A stretch of DNA of 28,629 nt from IMG/VR virus record IMGVR_UViG_3300028045_000070; one strand, given 5' to 3'. Shown here piece after piece: positions 24,037-28,629 of this stretch (positions within the stretch are counted from its first letter, which is position 1; each line of letters starts with the position of its first letter). The notes below the pieces were generated by a model that ran no database searches, was not told the DNA's origin, and saw nothing but the letters and a program-made list of their open reading frames with translations. The position numbers and the translations under genes were made by a program. This stretch comes from a virus.

Positions 24037-24936
24037 CTACTCCTCGTCGTCGTCGTCGTCAAGAAACTTGTGCGCGGCACTAGCCGTGCCAGTGTTAGCC
24101 GCCGTCTTAGTAGCCGCAGCCTTGGGCGCAGCCTTAGCTGGTGCAGGAACCTCACCCGGCTTCTCCACTACCATTTTGTCGAGCCCGAACATCACCGCAG
24201 GCGTCATTTGAGTAGCCATGCAACTTTGCAAGCACATTTGGCTCATGCTGCCAACTTCTGTGATCTCATCATTGGTGATAAGGGCACCTTCACCACGCTT
24301 CTTACCAGAGACAGGCGGGTGAGAGATAACCGGAACCGCTTGCTCAACAAAAGGATACTGGTAGAGCTTTGCAGTAAAGGCATCAGTGACTTCATTTCCT
24401 GGGATACCAGGACCAATGACCAACTCGAAGACACCATTCTTGTTTTCAGTACGCATCTGGGTCTTAAGGACTAGATAGCCTCCACGGAGAGCACTAGCGT
24501 CAAGGCCACATTTCTCTTCAAGAGCCTTAACAGCTTCCCGATAAAGCGGGCTATCCTTCGGAGTCCCACCATTGATAAACATGGCGTGCTTGGCTGGACC
24601 AAAACGCTTCCGCGTTTTACCCTTGGGCTTATCGAAGATACCACTACCATCTTCAAGCATCTTGATAGTAAGCTCGGAGCCGCGTTCGATACCAGCATCA
24701 TCAAGAGCAGTGAAAACCGCTACGATAACGTCGGAAAAACGATTCTTCTGCATAGACTTCCACATCTCTTTGATGTGTTCCCGAGTCAATCGAAGAACGG
24801 TTTCATCTGGCAGAGTGCCAGCCGCCTGTAGGGTCTTAAAGAGACGAGTTTCTCGGATCTCGGGGTCCATATACTCGTCTTCGGGCTTGTTCGGTGCCCA
24901 AGGCCCGTTGTATGCTTGTTCAGTTTGTTCGGTCAC
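24037..24936 (-). CDS. hypothetical protein with an Ala/Pro/Lys-rich linker and acidic C-terminal tail (DDDDDEE)
   Basis: 299-aa ORF with a GTG start. The tail resembles the acidic tails of single-strand-binding or nucleic-acid-associated proteins. Confidence 0.5.
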   Translation of the reverse strand: MTEQTEQAYNGPWAPNKPEDEYMDPEIRETRLFKTLQAAGTLPDETVLRLTREHIKEMWKSMQKNRFSDVIVAVFTALDDAGIERGSELTIKMLEDGSGIFDKPKGKTRKRFGPAKHAMFINGGTPKDSPLYREAVKALEEKCGLDASALRGGYLVLKTQMRTENKNGVFELVIGPGIPGNEVTDAFTAKLYQYPFVEQAVPVISHPPVSGKKRGEGALITNDEITEVGSMSQMCLQSCMATQMTPAVMFGLDKMVVEKPGEVPAPAKAAPKAAATKTAANTGTASAAHKFLDDDDDEE

Positions 24937-25007
24937 TGCTATTTCTTTCTATGGATGTTATAGCGATTGGAAGCGGTTGGCACTTGTCCCGTTGACTTCT
25001 CTGGGCA

Positions 25008-25035
25008 AGTTTACCATTTTCCCCACTCCCGTCAA
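25008..25035 (-). promoter_or_regulatory. sigma70-type promoter (TTGACGG, N16, TAAACT)
   Basis: The minus strand reads TTGACGGGAGTGGGGAAAATGGTAAACT. Confidence 0.45.
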
Positions 25036-25094
25036 TACTTATTGAAGTCGATTTGAGATTTTTTCGGGAGGCTCACAAACCCTGTAAAATGGAC

Positions 25095-25511
25095 TTAACG
25101 ATCATTCTTGGTTTGATCCTGTAATTTCTTAACATTGCTAGCAATGTCTGCTTTAACTTGTTTAATGTATTCTAGTAGAAGCTCTGCTGATCTTACAGCA
25201 ACTTTATCTTCGGAAGAAAGAGCGAAGCTGAAGAAATCTGCTGTACTTTTCTTAGACTTTACTTGCGACTCAAGACCCTCAAGATTTTTTAGTAACAGCT
25301 TATAGGCTTCTACTTCTTTTAGAAGTGTCACACGTTCTTCGGCTGTTAGCAACTTTGGTGCAGGCTGCTCCTCGCCGCCACCAGAATCCCCACCATTATC
25401 AGATTTATTATCTTTCTGGCGAAATTCTAATGTAGGATTATCCGTAAGGGGCTTTGGTGTTGTACCACACCCACACAATAGAAAACCCAGAAGCAAAGAA
25501 AGAAGTTTCAT
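25095..25511 (-). CDS. putative lipoprotein
   Basis: MKLLSLLLGFLLCGCG looks like a signal peptide with a lipobox-like Cys. A low-complexity GGDSGGGEE segment and a coiled coil follow. Confidence 0.5.
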   Translation of the reverse strand: MKLLSLLLGFLLCGCGTTPKPLTDNPTLEFRQKDNKSDNGGDSGGGEEQPAPKLLTAEERVTLLKEVEAYKLLLKNLEGLESQVKSKKSTADFFSFALSSEDKVAVRSAELLLEYIKQVKADIASNVKKLQDQTKNDR

Positions 25512-25519
25512 CTTACACC

Positions 25520-25756
25520 TTATCTAAGCGGGCACCAATCAGGAATTTTCGAGGGCTCCTCACTGGGGCGCTCAACGTAAGCAATATCACTAGAAATAGG
25601 TAATCGCTCACATCTATCTGTTGTTCCCGATTTAGGACGATCAGTTTTAGAGCAAAACCACTTGACAACATGCTCCCAACTATCAGCAGTATAGAAACGC
25701 TCTGTTTCTAGGTGCGGGCAGTCTTTGCATGTTTCAATTTTGAGATTAACACTCAT
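25520..25756 (-). CDS. small zinc-binding protein
   Basis: CKDCPH...C...C...C over 78 aa. Confidence 0.4.
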   Translation of the reverse strand: MSVNLKIETCKDCPHLETERFYTADSWEHVVKWFCSKTDRPKSGTTDRCERLPISSDIAYVERPSEEPSKIPDWCPLR

Positions 25757-25770
25757 GGATCAATCCCGGC

Positions 25771-26025
25771 TTAGGCAACCCAAGCCGCAGTGAGGATCTT
25801 CACATCCTTACCACAGAACTTGTCGATAGTGCTCTGGCCTTTACATCTACCAGAAGCCACTCCGGCATCAGCACAGAATGATTCGTAGGTTCCACTATAA
25901 GGACGAAGAGTGTTATCACCCCCGTAATCGGGATCTGACCAAACCCAACGCTGGCCCTCATCGGATTCCAGCAAAAAGTGCTCGCTCCAGAACCAAGTAA
26001 CTCGGACTCGGACATCAGTCAACAT
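25771..26025 (-). CDS. hypothetical protein
   Basis: The ATG at 26025 (MLTDVRV) is preferred over the TTG start of the track ORF. A TTGACAG, N17, TTAAAT promoter at about 26102-26131 fits. Confidence 0.35.
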   Translation of the reverse strand: MLTDVRVRVTWFWSEHFLLESDEGQRWVWSDPDYGGDNTLRPYSGTYESFCADAGVASGRCKGQSTIDKFCGKDVKILTAAWVA

Positions 26026-26342
26026 TTTTCTAAACCTTTTCTCCACTCGTTTAAGAAACAATCTTGGAAGTTGGCTCCGTGCGCCCTTCCTCTTTGTGTT
26101 AGCGCCATTTAATCATGGCGGGTGATTTCTGTCAAGGTAAGCGGCTGACCTCCCGTGGGAGCACCGCCTCCAATGCCCATGACAGTAGCATACACCCTAC
26201 CTAGCTGTCAATGGATGCAGTTTCCAGTTTCTCAACCATAGAAGGAATCTCAGCTAGCAAGCGAGAAAGACGACCGCAGTTATCCTTCCAATCAGCAGCA
26301 TCCCTCCAAGTTTCTGCGTCAGCAGCTAGTTTTAGCATTTCT

Positions 26343-26392
26343 TAGTATGTCATTGAACCAGAATCCTTGGTATGTCATTGAACCAGAATCCT
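26343..26392. repeat. 2x25 bp tandem direct repeat (t[a/g]gtatgtcattgaaccagaatcct)
   Basis: Read directly from the sequence. The second copy supplies the last codons and the stop of the 26375-26752 gene. Confidence 0.6.
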
Positions 26393-26752
26393 ATCATCTC
26401 TGACACGCAAACACGCATGGCAGGTCACTCCGATGTTTTCTACATAATCTGGGACGCAACCGCACCTCCAGATAAGCCCTGTCTCGTAAGCCCGCTCAAT
26501 GCCCGTCTCTCGGCAACCATCTTCATTACAGTAAGCAAAGCGTTCTGATTGTCCATCATAGACGGCACCAAGCCAGCAATGCGTCCCACCCTCGTTGACG
26601 TGTTCACTGGGGTTTCCGCAAAAGATGCAAGCCCAAGGCAATCTATCAGCACTATAATCAGGGCAATCTCCCTGGTCCTGAAACACAATAGCTCGATCTT
26701 GTAAGGTATAGTGCGGTTTAGGCACTCTAGGCATGTTGACTCCGGGGCTCAT
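26375..26752 (-). CDS. Cys-rich protein
   Basis: 125-aa ORF containing CIFCGN, CNEDGC, CGC and CHAC motifs. It is leaderless, with the ATG 6 nt after the -10. Confidence 0.45.
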   Translation of the reverse strand: MSPGVNMPRVPKPHYTLQDRAIVFQDQGDCPDYSADRLPWACIFCGNPSEHVNEGGTHCWLGAVYDGQSERFAYCNEDGCRETGIERAYETGLIWRCGCVPDYVENIGVTCHACLRVRDDRILVQ

Positions 26753-26758
26753 GTTGCT

Positions 26759-26787
26759 ATGCTAGCCTTTATGGCTCTTTCCGTCAA
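26759..26787 (-). promoter_or_regulatory. sigma70-type promoter (TTGACGG, N17, TAGCAT), leaderless
   Basis: The minus strand reads TTGACGGAAAGAGCCATAAAGGCTAGCATAGCAACATG. Confidence 0.5.
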
Positions 26788-26788
26788 G

Positions 26789-28105
26789 TTATAGGGGCAG
26801 AGCCAGACCATAAGCGGAGATATATACACAAGCAGCTATAAAAGCCCCAATCAATCCAATAGCGGTAGACATACTAGCTGCTCGGTTACCTTTTCGGGTC
26901 GCATCGCGTGCAAAACCTTTTGCTTTATGTGCAACATTGTTAGTAAGGCCCCACAACATTATACAGAAAGCAGTAAATGCTGCTCCAACCTTGTTGGTAG
27001 TCCCTCCAAGCCACGCACCAGTCTTATTAAGGAAACTAGGGCTGGTAGTTCGTAGCACCGCAGGATGCAGCCGCCCTATGCGCTGACCATCTGGTCTTTC
27101 TGCAATCCAATTACCAGAGCGTGACTCTTCCACCAGCATATAAGGTTGGTGGCTGAAAACATGCCAGACGAGCATACCCGGAGCTAGTGCCGCCAGGTTT
27201 GTCTCTACACGAGCCTTGGTAAGAGCAACCTCTTGCGCCGCCCCTGCGTATTCATCACTAACAGCAATCTGTAGAACGTCTGAGCAGGATAGTTTCTCTT
27301 GTTTCTCTTGCTCCTGCCTCAACTTAGCCTCTAACAGCCTATTCGATGCCTCCAGATGCCCTTGCTGCCACAACTTGTCTTCCAGCAGCAGGTTTTCTGC
27401 ATGTAGTTTCTTATTCTCATCTCTAAGAACAGTCTGCGAATCCCGCATAGTAATCAAGGTCTTGTGGAGATCCTTAAGATCCAGTTCCAGCTTATCCTGT
27501 TTAGGAGAACCAACAGCCTCCGCACTCGCTCCGAAAGTAATACAGTGATCAATAGGGGCTGAGGTAATACGCGCAGATTGGGCCGATAACGACCTACCTG
27601 AGTGGCCCTTCGCCAGGATCCGAGACCCTGTGATATACCCATAAGTAGGGTTACGATTCCAGTTGTCATATGTTCCAGATTTAGGCTTAGTGCTTGCTAG
27701 TCTGATCCACTCTGTAGGAACCCAAGCACAAGTAGCGTTATCATCAGGTTTAGGGCTGCCCTTTAGGTGCCAACCATTGATTTTATCTAGCAGTGGCGCA
27801 ACACCCATTTTCTTATGGGCCTGTAGGTGAAAAATCTTGGTGCCCAAGCTGTTAACCCACTTTATCCAGCGATCCGAAAATTCGGAATAAGGTTCTGGTA
27901 GTGTACTAGGAACAGTAATATAGACTTTATCCCCAGAACTGAATACTGGACCATCAAGCTGCCTGCAAAAACGGCACTTGCCCTCACCATTACAAGGAAT
28001 AACACCAGCAGTGTGATTTTTCATATGAGCCTTCCAGCGTTGACGTGATCGACGCGAGGCATCCTTGTAAGGGCCGACTTTGTGGGGTGCGTATTGGTTC
28101 ATCAC
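26789..28105 (-). CDS. coiled-coil protein with the paralog-family C-terminal domain and TM anchor (family member 3)
   Basis: The C-terminus DEYAGAAQEVALTKARVETNLAALAPGMLVWHVFSHQPYMLVEESRSGNW is followed by a TM helix. The N-terminus carries a Cys/His cluster (HMKNHTAGVIPCNGEGKCRFC) and a coiled coil. GAGGTAG lies upstream of the ATG. Confidence 0.55.
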   Translation of the reverse strand: MMNQYAPHKVGPYKDASRRSRQRWKAHMKNHTAGVIPCNGEGKCRFCRQLDGPVFSSGDKVYITVPSTLPEPYSEFSDRWIKWVNSLGTKIFHLQAHKKMGVAPLLDKINGWHLKGSPKPDDNATCAWVPTEWIRLASTKPKSGTYDNWNRNPTYGYITGSRILAKGHSGRSLSAQSARITSAPIDHCITFGASAEAVGSPKQDKLELDLKDLHKTLITMRDSQTVLRDENKKLHAENLLLEDKLWQQGHLEASNRLLEAKLRQEQEKQEKLSCSDVLQIAVSDEYAGAAQEVALTKARVETNLAALAPGMLVWHVFSHQPYMLVEESRSGNWIAERPDGQRIGRLHPAVLRTTSPSFLNKTGAWLGGTTNKVGAAFTAFCIMLWGLTNNVAHKAKGFARDATRKGNRAASMSTAIGLIGAFIAACVYISAYGLALPL

Positions 28106-28122
28106 TACCTCAAGTGTATTAC

Positions 28123-28172
28123 GAAAATACCCCTAACGCAGCAAGATGGCCGCACGAGTTAGGGGTATTTTC
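28123..28172 (-). promoter_or_regulatory. perfect 15-bp inverted repeat (terminator/attenuator-like) in the 5' leader of the 26789-28105 gene
   Basis: GAAAATACCCCTAAC, a 20-nt loop and GTTAGGGGTATTTTC. The GC core CCCCTAAC/GTTAGGGG is flanked by T-tracts on both strands. Confidence 0.5.
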
Positions 28173-28251
28173 CGCGTTAGCCATTAGCCCAGAATCTCAA
28201 CAGTTTCCTGTTGCAGAGCCGCTGCATATAACGCTTGTCTTTGTTGCCCAA

Positions 28252-28279
28252 ATTGTATCAGGACTTGTTTTCCTGTCAA
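28252..28279 (-). promoter_or_regulatory. sigma70-type promoter (TTGACAGG, N16, TACAAT)
   Basis: The minus strand reads TTGACAGGAAAACAAGTCCTGATACAAT. Confidence 0.55.
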
Positions 28280-28289
28280 GGGAACGCGA

Positions 28290-28622
28290 TCAGCGATCAG
28301 ACTCATTATTTTCGGTGCGGTTTAATTCATTTTGATATCGTGCCGCAGTCCGCGCCCAGCTTTTAGCAGCGTTCTCTGCATTATCGAATTTCTTTTTTAG
28401 GATTTCACGAGGAACGGAATCAACTACATCATAGTCAATTCCACGATATTTGTCGGACCAGTTTCCCTCATTACAGAGGCTCAGATCCTCAATATAGTCT
28501 TCGGCGGAAAGCTCACTACCATCCGCAAAGAACATCTGATAGTCACTATCGCCTAGCTCACGATACTCCCATTCCCGGTCGTCACCGTGAGCCCATTTGT
28601 GTTTGTATCGAAACCATCTCAT
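28290..28622 (-). CDS. hypothetical acidic protein
   Basis: 110-aa ORF with its ATG at the window edge (28622). Confidence 0.4.
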   Translation of the reverse strand: MRWFRYKHKWAHGDDREWEYRELGDSDYQMFFADGSELSAEDYIEDLSLCNEGNWSDKYRGIDYDVVDSVPREILKKKFDNAENAAKSWARTAARYQNELNRTENNESDR

Positions 28623-28629
28623 GTTAAAC

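Noticed and set aside
23953-24474. 173-aa plus-strand ORF (and 23933-24211) overlapping the 24037-24936 gene
   Set aside because: It is Arg/Ser-rich low-complexity antisense translation. The minus-strand gene has a promoter and a terminator-like hairpin.
1-28629. Prophage structural module (capsid, portal, terminase, tail) or an integrase marking the element boundaries
   Set aside because: No ORF shows recognisable motifs for these, and no att-like direct repeat of the tRNA 3' end was spotted by eye. The mobile-element interpretation therefore stays inference.

Overview
This window is a gene-dense array, almost entirely on the minus strand, of about 55 short-to-medium ORFs. It carries one embedded tRNA, and near-consensus sigma70-type promoters and intrinsic terminators flank it. 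It reads as an accessory or mobile-element-like region (phage- or island-like; no capsid, terminase or integrase is recognisable). The host is probably cyanobacterial, because a Ycf46-like AAA+ ATPase and a DUF1257 (Ycf35-like)/DUF2997 pair are present; that origin is inference. The main observation is a bacterial-context homolog of the eukaryotic major vault protein (MVP, 16098-17855) among separate genes that each carry one PARP1-type module. These are a PARP-type zinc finger (14138-15211), a WGR domain (1529-2305) and an H-Y-E ADP-ribosyltransferase catalytic domain (21773-22522). An SNF2-family helicase (19591-21627) lies between them. Three paralogous tail-anchored membrane proteins share a C-terminal domain of about 80 aa (5393-6187, 14138-15211, 26789-28105). 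A tight operon holds the AAA+ ATPase, a zinc ribbon, DUF1257 and DUF2997. Also present are a vSET-like SET-domain protein, an AT-hook-like protein, a PHD/RING-like finger protein, a stand-alone fragment resembling the MetRS anticodon-binding domain, a secreted Pro/Arg-rich repeat peptide, and many tiny Cys-rich (zinc-ribbon-like) ORFs joined by overlapping stop/start codons. Most minus-strand promoters share an extended -35 (TTGACAGG), a 16-17 bp spacer and a TAnnnT -10. At least five genes look leaderless, with the ATG 5-7 nt after the -10. All functional assignments come from motifs read by eye and need HMM or structure confirmation.
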